From: Terriglobia bacterium
GTDB taxonomy: Bacteria > Acidobacteriota > UBA6911
Assembly: GCA_963739235.1 (NCBI GenBank)
Contig: CAVTZY010000050.1
Span: forward strand, 60,405 to 124,404
Direction: 5' to 3'
Length of the DNA stretch: 64,000 nt
Made by a program: the position numbers and the translations under genes. The stretch's first letter is position 1. Each line of letters opens with the position of its first letter. The notes beneath the pieces are model-generated. The model saw only the letters and a program-made list of their open reading frames with translations. It made no database searches and was not told the origin of the DNA. This document shows positions 10,181-21,230 of this stretch, in pieces.

Positions 10181-10470
10181 GGCGAAGGAAGGACCTGTGG
10201 GCCTTCATCGGCTTGTTTGAAAGAAACCGCTGTCCATTCGCAGATGCCCGTCATGACGGCTGCGGACGAATTGAAGATTGAACGAAGCAGCGAGCGGGTT
10301 GGCCAGATGGACCATCAGCGAAGAAAGCCGGCCACATGTTCTCGATTTCATACAGGCGCAATGCCGTCTCCCTGAGCAGCAGAAGGGCTGGCGCTGACCC
10401 GCGAGAGCATCGGTCCCCTTTCGAAAACTCGTCGATCACGCTTGCGAAGCTTTATGCCCAGAATGCTTGC

Positions 10471-10774
10471 TCAGCAGGGGAACTCTTGCAGAGTTTCCTC
10501 GAGGACGTTCGTGACTTCTTCCAGACTCTCCATCACTTTGCCTGATATGCCGCTTTGAAGGCACAGATTCCGGATGACCAGGACGAGAGCGGGCATGCGG
10601 TTGAGATTCCGGACCGTTTCCCAACTCATGGCTTCGTCGGTGTGAAAAAGGCACGCGGTCCCAGTTTTCGAATCCGCCGGTATCGACGACCGACTCGCGG
10701 AATGCCTGCCATGCTCCCTGCAGGTCGGAAAGGATGGTCTTTTGATATCCGTGAGGTTCCTTGGAGAATTTCAT
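10471..10774 (-). CDS. small hypothetical protein, apparently frameshifted
   Basis: MKFSKEPHGYQKTILSDLQGAW... continues in another frame as HTDEAMSWETVRNL...EFPC*. Confidence 0.45.
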
Positions 10775-10883
10775 TGCGTTCAAATCCTCGGTTAATTGCT
10801 GAGCAAAACCTCCAGGATGAGCACTGCGTCCTCGCCCAGGACGCAATCCGCCTTTACCGTTCCCGGTCGGCATGCGCTGGCGT

Positions 10884-13007
10884 TCATCTCGTGTTTCTCC
10901 AATTTGACGACGGACGGGCCTCGGCGATGACGTTGAAGAGATTCGCCAGGTAATGCCCTCTCCGTTCCCGCTGATTGTACCTGAAAATCGTATCCACGAG
11001 AGGCATATGGGGACGGCCGAATTCCTGCGCGTAGAGCCGGCTGATCCAACGATAATAATTCTCCATGCTTTTCATGTTTTGGGGAAAGATGATGCGGATC
11101 AATTCATCGATCAGGGCTTCCGCGCGCTCGTCGAAAAATCCCGCCAGCTTTGCCTGCTTCCCGCCCGGAAGCGGCCTGTACGGCTGAACAAACACATAAG
11201 CGCCGGGCAGGGAACGCAGAAACCGGAAACGCTCCACATCCTGCGCCAGTGTCGTGTTGAACCCGTACATGCAAACGAACTCCACATTATCTCTGGCCGT
11301 GAAGCCGAACATGTCATATTTGCGGCGCACTTCCTCAAGATTCCGGTTGTCTTTCAGGCTGAAATGATACATGTGGCGGGTGAAACGCACATTCGAGCAC
11401 TGCAGACGGAGAAGAAGGCCGGCGATATCCTTGTCGACGAATCTGAGGTCCAGGGTCTGATTGAAATTGACTGACAGGTTCCGCCGCGCCATGTCTTCCA
11501 GGAAGGCTTTGGCCTTTAGGTGAGCGAGCAGGTTATCGTCCAGCAGGATCAGCTTGCGCCTGCGCCCCGTCACCAGGTCGTCGAGATCACTGACCTGGCG
11601 CACGCCACCTTCTTTCAAGGGCACGACGCAGAAAGGGCAGCGGTACGGACATCCTCGCGTGAGAAATCCTATGGCGCGGTCCCCGAGTTCCGGGTAAAGG
11701 TCGTAGTCCGCCGGGAGGCTCTCAATGGCAGGTGGAAGACGCATCTGGACATCGATTCCCGTGCCGCCGGCGACCAGAGAATCGCCGTAATACTTCTTCA
11801 GTTTCGCCAGGCGATCCAATGTGCATGCCGTCGAAAAGACAGCGCTTGCATATACGCCCTCTACGCCTTCGACACGGGCTTCGCGCCGCGCCAGGATCAC
11901 CCTCTTTCTCTGATCTTTGAAATAACGGCTCAGCTTCATCAGCGCCAGGTTCGGAAGGCGGCTGTCGAGGTCGAGGAGCAGGATCGATTCTCGCGGCAGC
12001 TGGGCCGGAAGCTTGTGAGGCTGTTCCGGTGCAGGTATCCCACAGGTCGCCGCCAGCAGCTCTCGCGGCAAAAGGCCGCGCAATTGTCGATCCAGCGTGA
12101 CCACAAATTGTGTCCTCGGCAAGAGCGCATCCATCAGCATCGCCCAGTGCGGAAACATGCCTGGCGGGCAAAAGCGGTCGGGGCGATCCCATAATATCAG
12201 CACGGGGGTATCCAGCGGAGCGATGCTCGTTTGATGGGCATCGAGCAGATGGCGTACGACATCCAGCACAACTGCGGCTACGCGCTGCTTTGGCGCGCCC
12301 AGGTTCGCCCACTCTCTTTTGAAGTTGCAGGCTCTTTCCAGCCAGCCGCTGCTCTCCACTTCCATGTGCTCATGGAGGAGAGCGGCCAGCCGTTGGAGGA
12401 CACCGCCTGTGGCCGGGCGTTTGCATCGAATCCCCCGATAATGCAACCTGGTAAGGAACTCGACGGGGTCTGTCAGCCGCGCACCGCTTTCGAAAAGTGA
12501 GCGAATACGTCTGATGCGGAAATACGGGTCGGCGAAATCGAAATCGTCCGTGTCTTTATGGCAGGTCGGGCGCCCGCCATAACCCAGCAGAAAGAAAGCC
12601 GATGACCCCAAACCGGTCTTGGGTTTTATTACGGAACCCTCCGGCGTGAGCCGCTCAAAATCATGTTTGCCGAGCGGGGCAAGACCACCGGCGCGGTCCC
12701 AGCGAATGCCCATGGTTGTCGGACCTTGTTTGTCCGGGGAGGCTTCGTATGGAGCGAATAGGGCAAGTACAAGTTCGATCTGCAAGTTTTCTGCGCTGGT
12801 GTGGCCGAGCTTACCAAGGTCGAAGTGAAGACGGGGAAGGATCCTCGTGCCGGTGCAAGCCATCGCGATCAGGCGAAGCAGCTCCACTCCCTCGGGACCC
12901 TCGTCGAGGATAGTCCACTTGGCAACATTGGCGCCCGTGCGCCTGATCCGCAGCTCGCCGCTGCGGGCATGCCTCGCGTTGCTGAAACTCATTTGCAGGA
13001 GGTACAT
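10884..13007 (-). CDS. radical SAM protein with an N-terminal degenerate ABC/AAA_21-like ATPase domain
   Basis: TRGCPYRCPFCVVP (CxxxCxxC), LPNLALMKLS, LLDDNLL, FNQTLDLR; N-half shows eroded Walker A/B-like segments. Confidence 0.8.
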   Translation of the reverse strand: MYLLQMSFSNARHARSGELRIRRTGANVAKWTILDEGPEGVELLRLIAMACTGTRILPRLHFDLGKLGHTSAENLQIELVLALFAPYEASPDKQGPTTMGIRWDRAGGLAPLGKHDFERLTPEGSVIKPKTGLGSSAFFLLGYGGRPTCHKDTDDFDFADPYFRIRRIRSLFESGARLTDPVEFLTRLHYRGIRCKRPATGGVLQRLAALLHEHMEVESSGWLERACNFKREWANLGAPKQRVAAVVLDVVRHLLDAHQTSIAPLDTPVLILWDRPDRFCPPGMFPHWAMLMDALLPRTQFVVTLDRQLRGLLPRELLAATCGIPAPEQPHKLPAQLPRESILLLDLDSRLPNLALMKLSRYFKDQRKRVILARREARVEGVEGVYASAVFSTACTLDRLAKLKKYYGDSLVAGGTGIDVQMRLPPAIESLPADYDLYPELGDRAIGFLTRGCPYRCPFCVVPLKEGGVRQVSDLDDLVTGRRRKLILLDDNLLAHLKAKAFLEDMARRNLSVNFNQTLDLRFVDKDIAGLLLRLQCSNVRFTRHMYHFSLKDNRNLEEVRRKYDMFGFTARDNVEFVCMYGFNTTLAQDVERFRFLRSLPGAYVFVQPYRPLPGGKQAKLAGFFDERAEALIDELIRIIFPQNMKSMENYYRWISRLYAQEFGRPHMPLVDTIFRYNQRERRGHYLANLFNVIAEARPSSNWRNTR

Positions 13008-13419
13008 GAACTCACCACGAATCGACGAGATTTTCAGAACCGCTGCATCCGGCCGCAGTCTTACTCGAAACTAATTCCCGCACAATATAAAATTCGAGTG
13101 AGCCGACGATGGAGTGCTCCTGAGCCTCTTGGGACGGGTCGATCGCTGGCTATGCGCGCAAGCCTGCCTCGCGGATACGCTTTATTGCGTGCTCTTGCTG
13201 AAGCACGTGGATACCGCCGCAGCCTCAGCTTGCTGGCCGGCACGAACGTTCAGATCCCGCAGGTCGCAGAGCAGGGCGATGGCCTCATCGTAATTCTTGG
13301 GCTGCTTGGCGGCGATGCGAGAGCCGGCCTGGCACCAGGCCTCATCGCGCACTCCTTTCATTCGGCTGACACATCAAGGCTGCCTTCTAACGGAAGCGGA
13401 AGGGCGATTTCCCCGGCCC

Positions 13420-15883
13420 TCAAGCCTGATCGTCACAAGTTTCATATCCAAGCTGCCGGTAACCACGTCGGCGGCGCTCGAACATGCGTCTGAGCATCGG
13501 TACATCGAGGTCGGCATAGTCGTAGATTGCGATCTGTTCTTTCTCGCGATGGGTGCGGTTCAGCCTCCCTGCGTATTGTGCCAGCGTTCCCTTCCACGAA
13601 ATCGGCAATGCCAGGAAAAGGGTGTCTAATCGGTCATCATCAAATCCCTCGCCAAGGTATCTGCCCGTCGCCAATACCATGCGAGGGTTCTCCTGCTGAA
13701 GATTCGCCATGGCGGCCTTCCTCTGCTTCTGCCCCATGCCGCCGGTCAGCACGATCAGATTAGGAATGACAGGCGCAAATAGTTGATGCAGGTATTCCAA
13801 ATGGGCCCTCCTCTCGGTGAGGATGAGGGGGCAGCCGCCCTTTTCGAGGCAGGACAAGGCATCTGATACTATCATCTGATTCCGCGACTCATCGCGAATC
13901 AGAGCCTCGTACATATCGTGAATAGTAAGGCTCCCTAATCGCGCAAGCTCGTCAGGGAGAATAAATCCAGTGTTTCGCACATATACGGTACGCTTGATGT
14001 GATCAGCAACTTGCTGCTGTTTGACAGTAACCCGGTGCCGGATGGGTCCACATTGCATGAAAATGATCGGGTGGTGGCCATCTTTGCGCTCAACCGTTGC
14101 CGAAAATCCGGTGACGTAGAGTGCCTTCGCCGCTCGCGCGACCTGTTCAAAGCTGCTGGCGGAGATGTGATGGCACTCATCCACTATGATGTGCCCGTAT
14201 CGTTCAACCAAGGGATTTACCGACTGTCGATGGATTAAGCTTTGCAGAATGGCAATATCGATCAGTCCCGTTTCCTGCTTCTTGCCCGCCCCAATCTGTG
14301 CGAGCGTGCCCGGAGGCGGCTTTAGAAATCGGTCCAGACGATTCAGCCACTGATCCAGCAGTTGACGTGTATGGACCAGCACCAGCGTGTTCACGCCCCG
14401 GCGTGCAATCAGCCACGCGGCAATAACTGTCTTGCCGAATGCTGTCGGGGCCACCAGCACACCCGTGTCATGCTTCAAAATTGCCTCTGCCGCTCTTTGC
14501 TGCGCTTCGGTAAGGTCGCCCTGGAATTGCAGGCTCAGGCTACCGCCCTTGATACGTTTGTCATTGAGGGTTGCCTTGACTCCCAAAGTTTCGAATAACT
14601 CGAGCAGTTCTCCGATACAGCCGCGAGGCAGGGCAATGTACTCGGGGAAATCTTCCGCGCAAGAGATCATCCTGAATTTATCGTAGGTTGACAGCCGCAT
14701 GGCCTGGGCCCTGTAGAATTCCGGATTCGGGAAAGCCGCCATTCGTATGATCCGATTGCGCAGCGATGAGGAAAGTCCTGGTTTAGGGATGTAAACTTGA
14801 TTTGCCAGAGTCAGGCAGACCTCTTCTGGAAAGGGACCCGTCACCTGCGATTTGTTCCACTCGCCGTGGTGCTTTTGTTCCCAAGGCGTCTCATCTGTCA
14901 ACACCGAAAAAGAAGAATGGGCCCCGAGTTCCTGTCGGGTACGGGAAAGAGATTGCACCAACTGCTTGATTTCATGACAGGAAAGACGGATCGCGGGAGC
15001 TCAAGTGAGCCCACTGATCCGGATAGGGCTCGAAATTCTCGTCCAGAAAAACTGAATTGCCCCTCTCCCTCGGCCTACGCTGAAGAGGCAAGGCGATCAA
15101 GTTTCCGAAGCCTTTTCCCGGCATGGTGTCCTGATTAGGAAAGAAACGATCATAGGACTTCAGCGCAATCTCCGATCGCCGTTCCATGGTCTCGGTAAGC
15201 AGAAGGGATCCGAGGCTCCGTGTCAGCCGGGCGGTAACCTGCTCTGAAAAGAAGATCCAGATGTGTGCTCCGTTTCCGGATCGAGATCTTTCGAGACTTG
15301 CCGGCACGCCATGCAAAGAGCAGGTCTCTCTGAAGGTGCCGGCATCTTCGCCCCAGGCTGCCCCGTCGAAATCTACTGCCAGGAACCAGCAGGTGTCGTC
15401 CGGCAGCAAAGGATAGATGCCGATTGTAAAATCTTTGCCCTCAGCTTCGGCTGGTTTCCGCCCCAAAAGGTGGCATCGAATTACCGCGTCGGAAATCGGG
15501 ATGAACTGACGTTGATCGCAACGACTGCACTTTGTTTTCGGTTTCGTACAAATGCCGGGGAGCTACTCATTCCTACAATCAGGCTGGTAGCCGCTCTTCC
15601 CCGTCTTCCAGCTTTCAAATCGCCTGGCGTAGACATCCTCGCGACCGCGAAACAGCGACCGGAAGAGGGAGATTTTTGCCGCTTCGCTTGACTGATTGGA
15701 AACACGCCCCGCGGAATATTGCGGACGCGGCTCCGCGATTGTGGGGCGCAGAAGGTTCTCTCTTTCCCTCTTCAGCGAAGCAATTTGATCGAGGAGGAAT
15801 TGCCTCTGCTTCTCGACATTCGACAGTTCGTCTTCCGCGACTCTGAGTAGCCGGTCGATTTCGCAGAGGCGCTCCTCGGTCAT
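13420..15883 (-). CDS. TOTE-type archaeo-eukaryotic primase domain fused to an SF2 (ResIII-like DEAD/DEAH) helicase; frameshifted
   Basis: LFRGREDVYARRFES..GKSGYQP, GIYPLL..TCWFLAVDFD, ERSRSGNGAHIWIFF, GNLIALPLQ; helicase APTAFGKT, DECHH, SAT, QYAGRL; split over three ORFs. Confidence 0.8.
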
Positions 15884-16038
15884 GTTCTCCCCTGATTCTC
15901 GGGCCCCCGGGCGAATGACAAGTTCAACCGCTGAGTCCGCTAAGGGCATCAGTTTCCCCCGAATGAGATTCCCGACACAAACACAAGCCAATTTGACGTG
16001 CAGGATCTCTGATGGTGGAAAAAGCCCCCTTATATTCT

Positions 16039-16107
16039 CAAAACGTCCAATCGAGAGTCTCGCGGCAAATCGTTTGACGTTTTGTGGTCTTTAAGGGTAT
16101 CATACCC
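16039..16107 (+). promoter_or_regulatory. putative sigma70 promoter and inverted repeats upstream of abiEi
   Basis: TTGACG(16074)-18 bp-TATCAT(16098); palindrome GGGTAT-C-ATACCC over the -10; CAAAACGTC...GACGTTTTG inverted pair. Confidence 0.5.
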
Positions 16108-16130
16108 GCTATAAATGCACGAAATGCAAA

Positions 16131-16928
16131 ATGAAGACAGCTGATTTCTTTACATTATGGCCGGTTTTTTCTCTGGATGAAGCTGAGCGCAATCTCGCGC
16201 CTGCGCGAGGTCGTCGAGGGACGATAGAGCGGCTGAAGCATCATTTAAGCACTGGCAAGCTTAAGCTTGTGTCAAAGGGCATCTATGCCGTGGTGCCCGC
16301 AATTGGCGATGCAAAATCCTTCCGCGCAGATGCGCCACTGGTTGGCGCAGCTCTCAGGCCAGAAGGGATCTTTTCCCATCATGGTGCCCTTGAACTCCTG
16401 GGGGCGGCACATTCAATGTGGAACCAATATACCATTTACACGAATCGACGGCGCAGGATGCTGAAATTGAACGGTGGTTCCGTCCGTTTCCTGGAGCATC
16501 CAGGCTCGTTGCAGAAGGAAGAAGACCGAAATCTGGCAACTCGCCGGATCGAGCGACAAGGACGATTGCTCAGGGTGACCGGACCTGAGCGAACGCTTGT
16601 AGAAGGATTCAGGCGACCGTCATTGGTCGGAGGGCTGGAGGAACTCGTGCAGTCTGCCGCCGGATTCCCCGTTCTGGAACTTGGTTTGCTCGAAGAGGTC
16701 CTGCGTCGTTATAAGATCGCCAACCTCTGGGCGGCAACGGGCTGGTTCCTGGAGCGATATCAAGAAGCATTTCACGTTCCCGACGCTTTGCTTCACAGCC
16801 TTGAGAAACGTCGTCCTGGTTCCCCGCAGTATCTTGAGCGTAACAGCCGGGGAGGCGCTTTAGTGCCCAGGTGGAATCTAATCCTGCCTCGCTCGATTTT
16901 GCAAATGGGCACAGCCAATGAAGCTTAG
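16131..16928 (+). CDS. abiEi: type IV TA antitoxin / transcriptional regulator AbiEi
   Basis: N-terminal wHTH (KLVSKGIY), FSHHGALELLG, RVTGPERTLVE, PRWNLILP; overlaps the AbiEii gene. Confidence 0.8.
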   Translation: MKTADFFTLWPVFSLDEAERNLAPARGRRGTIERLKHHLSTGKLKLVSKGIYAVVPAIGDAKSFRADAPLVGAALRPEGIFSHHGALELLGAAHSMWNQYTIYTNRRRRMLKLNGGSVRFLEHPGSLQKEEDRNLATRRIERQGRLLRVTGPERTLVEGFRRPSLVGGLEELVQSAAGFPVLELGLLEEVLRRYKIANLWAATGWFLERYQEAFHVPDALLHSLEKRRPGSPQYLERNSRGGALVPRWNLILPRSILQMGTANEA

Positions 16929-17928
16929 CCTTGACTACCTCAAGCGATGTTCTGCGGAATCCGGACATCAGGTTGCTGCTCTGGAAAAAGTCGTTCGACT
17001 CGGAGAACTTGCTGCCGACATTGCTCGCCATCCGCTACTGGGGAATGCGCTGGCGCTAAAGGGAGGGACGGCACTCAACCTCTGCTTTGGCCCGCCGGGA
17101 CGGCTGTCGGTTGATCTGGATTACAACTACATCGCGCACGTCGAGCGGGAGAAGATGCTGGCAGCCAGGCCAACCGTGGAAAATGCCGTAATGGAACTTG
17201 CCGAACGCCACGAATATCGTGTTCAGAGATCAGCCGATGCATTTGCCGGCAGAAAAATATTCTTACGCTATCGATCGGTACTCGGGCACGAGGAGCGCAT
17301 CGAGGTCGATCTGAACTTCCTGTTCCGCCTTCCTCTTTGTGCGACAGAGACCAGGGCTGTTTGGCAGCCAGGCGATTTGGACCAGCCCAAAGTTCGCATT
17401 GCTGGTCAATCTGAACTTATTGCCGGAAAACTGCTCGCGCTCCTCGATCGGTGTGCAGCTCGCGACGCATGGGATGTAGCGAATCTATCAGGAGCTGCGG
17501 TACAGATTCTCAATACCTCCGATTTTCGGGCTCGTTTCATCGCCATATCGGCAATTCTTGAACATCCTCTCTATGCTTACGGGCATGACCGGTTGCAAAA
17601 TCTGCTTTCGGACCGAGTCGTTGCCGAGCAACTCTTGCCGATGCTGTCATCCAATGCGGATGTTTCCGCCACGGATATAGTAGAACGCGCCTGGCAGAGA
17701 GTAGAGCCTTTTGTCTCTTTGGTTGCAATTGAAAATGAATATTGTTCTGCCGTCCAGCAAGGAAATCTGAAGTTGGACCTGCTTTTTCCTGATGATGCCG
17801 CGGAAACGGCCCGTCTTTCTCGTCACCCCGCGATACTCTGGAAGATTGAAAATGTCAGGGCTTATCGCCGGCGAATGAAAGGGAGTCCAAGTGCCGGCGA
17901 GCCCGTGCAGGAACCGGAAATAGACTGA
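16918..17928 (+). CDS. abiEii: AbiEii/AbiGii nucleotidyltransferase toxin
   Basis: ALKGGTALNL, RLSVDLDYNY, GKLLALLDRCAARDAWD. Confidence 0.85.
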   Translation: MKLSLDYLKRCSAESGHQVAALEKVVRLGELAADIARHPLLGNALALKGGTALNLCFGPPGRLSVDLDYNYIAHVEREKMLAARPTVENAVMELAERHEYRVQRSADAFAGRKIFLRYRSVLGHEERIEVDLNFLFRLPLCATETRAVWQPGDLDQPKVRIAGQSELIAGKLLALLDRCAARDAWDVANLSGAAVQILNTSDFRARFIAISAILEHPLYAYGHDRLQNLLSDRVVAEQLLPMLSSNADVSATDIVERAWQRVEPFVSLVAIENEYCSAVQQGNLKLDLLFPDDAAETARLSRHPAILWKIENVRAYRRRMKGSPSAGEPVQEPEID

Positions 17929-18097
17929 GAGCATTGAGGCCGAGGAGCAAGATCGAATCAATGGGGCGCTAGGATGGAACTCCATAAAAATGTTTTACCG
18001 GTGCGAGGATCGGGCCGGTCGTCGCAATCAGGCTTGATGGCAGAAGACTGCGCGATTGTGGACGCAATGAGTAGCACCCAAATACGAGGAACGGAAT

Positions 18098-18421
18098 ATG
18101 CATAAAACGTATCGTGGTGGCTGGCACTATGACTCGAAGGCATCGGTCTTGCGGCTTGAGGGGACGCAGATGAGCGGCGCCTTTGTCGACTATGAAGTGG
18201 ATCTCGGAGCCTGCCGCAACAGCGCCGAGATTCTGGATTGGATCGCGCAAGTGGCCAAGAAGATTTGGATCACTCCCGAGATTGTCTACGGCCTGGTCGT
18301 TGCTCTCGATGATTTGCTTGATCTGCAGGCATCTATCTGCGGCGGCGGACTGGATCGGGACATTGATCCATCCGCCGTCATTAGTTCGCGTCTCTCGACT
18401 GGGAAGATCCGGGAACAGTAA
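18098..18421 (+). CDS. hypothetical protein
   Basis: 107-aa ORF with GAGG upstream. Confidence 0.5.
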   Translation: MHKTYRGGWHYDSKASVLRLEGTQMSGAFVDYEVDLGACRNSAEILDWIAQVAKKIWITPEIVYGLVVALDDLLDLQASICGGGLDRDIDPSAVISSRLSTGKIREQ

Positions 18422-19611
18422 TGCTGGCCGTCCTATATTGGACCGAAGATGGAGCCGCGGTGAATCCTACAGGGGTAGCACGAAGAGCTTTTTGCAGGAT
18501 CGGGGCCTGTTAATTATGCAGCCGGTCGACTTGTGGACCGGGCCTTGGAGTTGCCGAATTCCTAACGTCGTTGCCTTCGCAGGAGCCATCGCTTCATCGA
18601 CCTTTGTTGGAAAGGTCGCAGAGGAGAGCTACTGTGTGCGCGCGTCCTTCCATTCGCCCTTGCCGTCTGCAACCGAGCGCGTCGTCTTCACTGCACAGTA
18701 TATTCTGCTGTACCCCGGAAGCCCGAGTGGCACTCTCTCAGGAACCTACCGGAAGCACCGGCCCGGATCGCCGCTTACGAGCGCCCTGTGAAATACGGCC
18801 CTTGCCGGATTACTGGACCGAATTTGTATTCGAGGCCCACGTAAGCCACCCGAGCGTCCTCGCGGGGTTGCCCGACGTTGCCGAGAGCCGGCCGCATTCA
18901 AGTGCCCTCAATGCGAGCAAACCCGCAAGGCCGAGGTCTGTGATCAGCGAGGCTCGGCGCTGACTGACGCCATTTGATCACGGTATTCGGACGTGTGCGA
19001 GTATGTCATTCTCGGGCCACCTGCGAGAATTCCCTTGCTTCATATTCCAACTGACGGCCTGCCGGCACAAAAGGCGGCAGAAGCCGCGAAATCCGCATCA
19101 GCCCACCAATTGATTGTAGAGATCATTGTCAAACTCCACGTCCTCTTGGGCGCATGCGCATTTCACATCCTCGAGAAAATCGATGGCGGAACAGCCGGCG
19201 CCGACGTACCTGTCTCGGATCCTCCCCACTATCCTCTCGAGCTTTTCTTGCGCCAGGCACGATTGCGCGGATCAGGGTTGCCATGATCTCCTTGACGAAA
19301 TAATTGAAACTGTTGATCCTTGCCGGCGTTCTCTGGGAGAGGGTTTCAAGAACCGAGATTATCTTGCTGGTCGGAATCGCCTTGAGGTCGTTTGTCTGGT
19401 AGGCTTCGGTATCCGATTTGCTCCACCTGTTACCGGTTGCCTTTTCGTAGGCGGCTCGAACGAGCGCGAGATCACCGCAGGCAGGAGGCTGTTTCTCTGG
19501 CGGCGCAGCCGTGCTCCTGTGGTGCTTTGTCGCGCCGCTGGCAGATACGATAGCTAATGCCCCCTTTGATGATGATTTTGTTTTTAAATCATCATCAAGT
19601 TTTTCTTTATT

Positions 19612-19737
19612 GTTGGCGCCGGGTGCCAGGGTGGCATCGGATTCCACGGTAGCCGGTGGTGCCACGTCGGCATTGCGTGCCAGGGTGGCACCCTGTGCCT
19701 CGGTGGCATCTGGTGCCACGCAGGCGGCAGGCGCCAG
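19612..19737. repeat. 18-bp-period array of TGCCA(C/G)GGTGGCA quasi-palindromes
   Basis: tgccagggtggca, ttccacggtagcc, tgccacgtcggca, tgccagggtggca, tgcctcggtggca, tgccacgcaggcg with 5-bp spacers. Confidence 0.8.
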
Positions 19738-20004
19738 TACCTGGTAAAGGTTGCCGCGCGACTGCCCGCCAAGCCTGGATTCAAGCCTTTTTACCAGTCC
19801 GCGCTTTTCAAGGTAAGTGATTGTGTTTTAAACCTTTCGTTGGGACATGAGGACGGACTTTGCCAACTTTGCAAGGCCCACAAGACAGGTATCCCTCCGG
19901 AAGCCGTGCGATAGAAGATAGAGCTGATAATAGACCGCCTTCGCGAACGGATCGAGAGTGGGAAAAATGCTGAAGTTGATCGTATTGGGTACCCGTAGTT
20001 CTCC

Positions 20005-20122
20005 TTTCACCACGGCATATTGTGCCAGGGTGGCACCTGGTGCTGGGGTAGCATGCTGTGCCACCGTGGCACCGTGCCATGCAGGATCGTCATCTCGTGC
20101 CACGGTGGCACGTGGTGCCATG
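20005..20122. repeat. second palindrome array in copy 2
   Basis: tgccagggtggca, tgctggggtagca, tgccaccgtggca, tgccacggtggca. Confidence 0.75.
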
Positions 20123-20260
20123 CTGTTTTCCACAGGCCCTGGAACTCCAGAAGGAACCGGAATTCGCGGAGTCAGCTGAGAAACCACCCCCTGTAAGGGA
20201 GCATACTGCCGGAGAAGCTCCCTGGTAGCTGAGTTCTCTCCCTGACCTTGGACCAGATCT

Positions 20261-21067
20261 TTAGCGATGGAGGCTTGCAGCTGTTCTCTGTCTCGTTTGT
20301 TCATGTTTGATTTCCTTTTCCAGTTCGCTAAACAGTTTCATAAAATCAAAAGTCGCAGGACTTGTGGTCGAGTTTTCCAAGACTCCTTTCCTCATGGCCG
20401 TGGCTTCGGCGACGCCGACGTAACGATGGATCACAGATTCAAGCACCAGGCTTGCGCCGAAGAATTCCAAGACTTTCTGTCGGATCTCCCGATCCAAATT
20501 TTGGCGACGGCTAAAAAGGGTAGTGAGCACGAGAATCTTCAACGCGGGATTGTGAGTCTCGCTGATGGCAGCGATCGTTTTAAGGAGCTGATTCATGCCG
20601 AGCAGGGCAAAGCTACTGCTGTCGATCGGTATGATTATGTTGTCGGCGACGACAAGGGCGTTTACGGTTGCTGCCCGCATGGCGGGAGGCGTATCGATCA
20701 GAATGACATCGAAGTCGGGTAGAACCGGCTTTAGCTGCCGGCGAAGGAGCACCTCCCGATTGACCTTTTTCGCTTCGAGGAGATCATCTGCTTCGATGTC
20801 GATCGTGTTCGGCAGCAGATGGAGCTGCGGTCGGATTTCGATCAGATACCGGCGGATCTCCGGCACCTCTCTTATGAGCAAGCGATGGGCAGTGGCGCTC
20901 AGTTCGTTCAAGTTCACGCCCAATCCGGCGCTGAGGTTGCCTTGCTGATCCAGATCGATCGCGAGCGTCCGATAGCCGGCTTTTGCAAAACAGACGGCGA
21001 GATTGAGGGCCACAGTGGTTTTGCCGCAGCCTCCTTTTGCGTCTGCTAAGGCAAAGACATGTGCCAT
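20261..21067 (-). CDS. parA: ParA/Soj family ATPase (intact)
   Basis: KGGCGKTT, IDLDQQGNLS, IDTPP; GGAGG RBS; close paralogue of 5357-6164. Confidence 0.92.
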   Translation of the reverse strand: MAHVFALADAKGGCGKTTVALNLAVCFAKAGYRTLAIDLDQQGNLSAGLGVNLNELSATAHRLLIREVPEIRRYLIEIRPQLHLLPNTIDIEADDLLEAKKVNREVLLRRQLKPVLPDFDVILIDTPPAMRAATVNALVVADNIIIPIDSSSFALLGMNQLLKTIAAISETHNPALKILVLTTLFSRRQNLDREIRQKVLEFFGASLVLESVIHRYVGVAEATAMRKGVLENSTTSPATFDFMKLFSELEKEIKHEQTRQRTAASLHR

Positions 21068-21230
21068 AATGACTTAGCACCTCCTTTGGTTGTGTGCAGA
21101 CAAGCCACAGGCAGAAAGAGTGCAACGGTTGTGCAACGGTTCTGCTGCCAAAAGGAGCAGACGCCGTCCTAAACCGCGACGTGTTGAAGCGTAATTTTGT
21201 TGGTATTTGTGGTACGTGGTTGAGGCCGTT

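Larger units (their letters stand above)
19098..20304 (-). pseudogene. second copy of the winged-HTH protein with ATVAxx repeats; in-frame stop at 19828 plus frameshifts
   Basis: Near-identical to 4161-5400 in the HTH region (VKGELRVPNTINFS..DPFAKAVYYQLYLLSHGFRRDTC); QRKV-TAA where copy 1 has QRKV-CAG. Confidence 0.75.

Noticed and set aside
13150-13360. Minus-strand fragment reading KQPKNYDEAIALLCDLRDL
   Set aside because: Looks like a gene remnant but is too short and broken to assign
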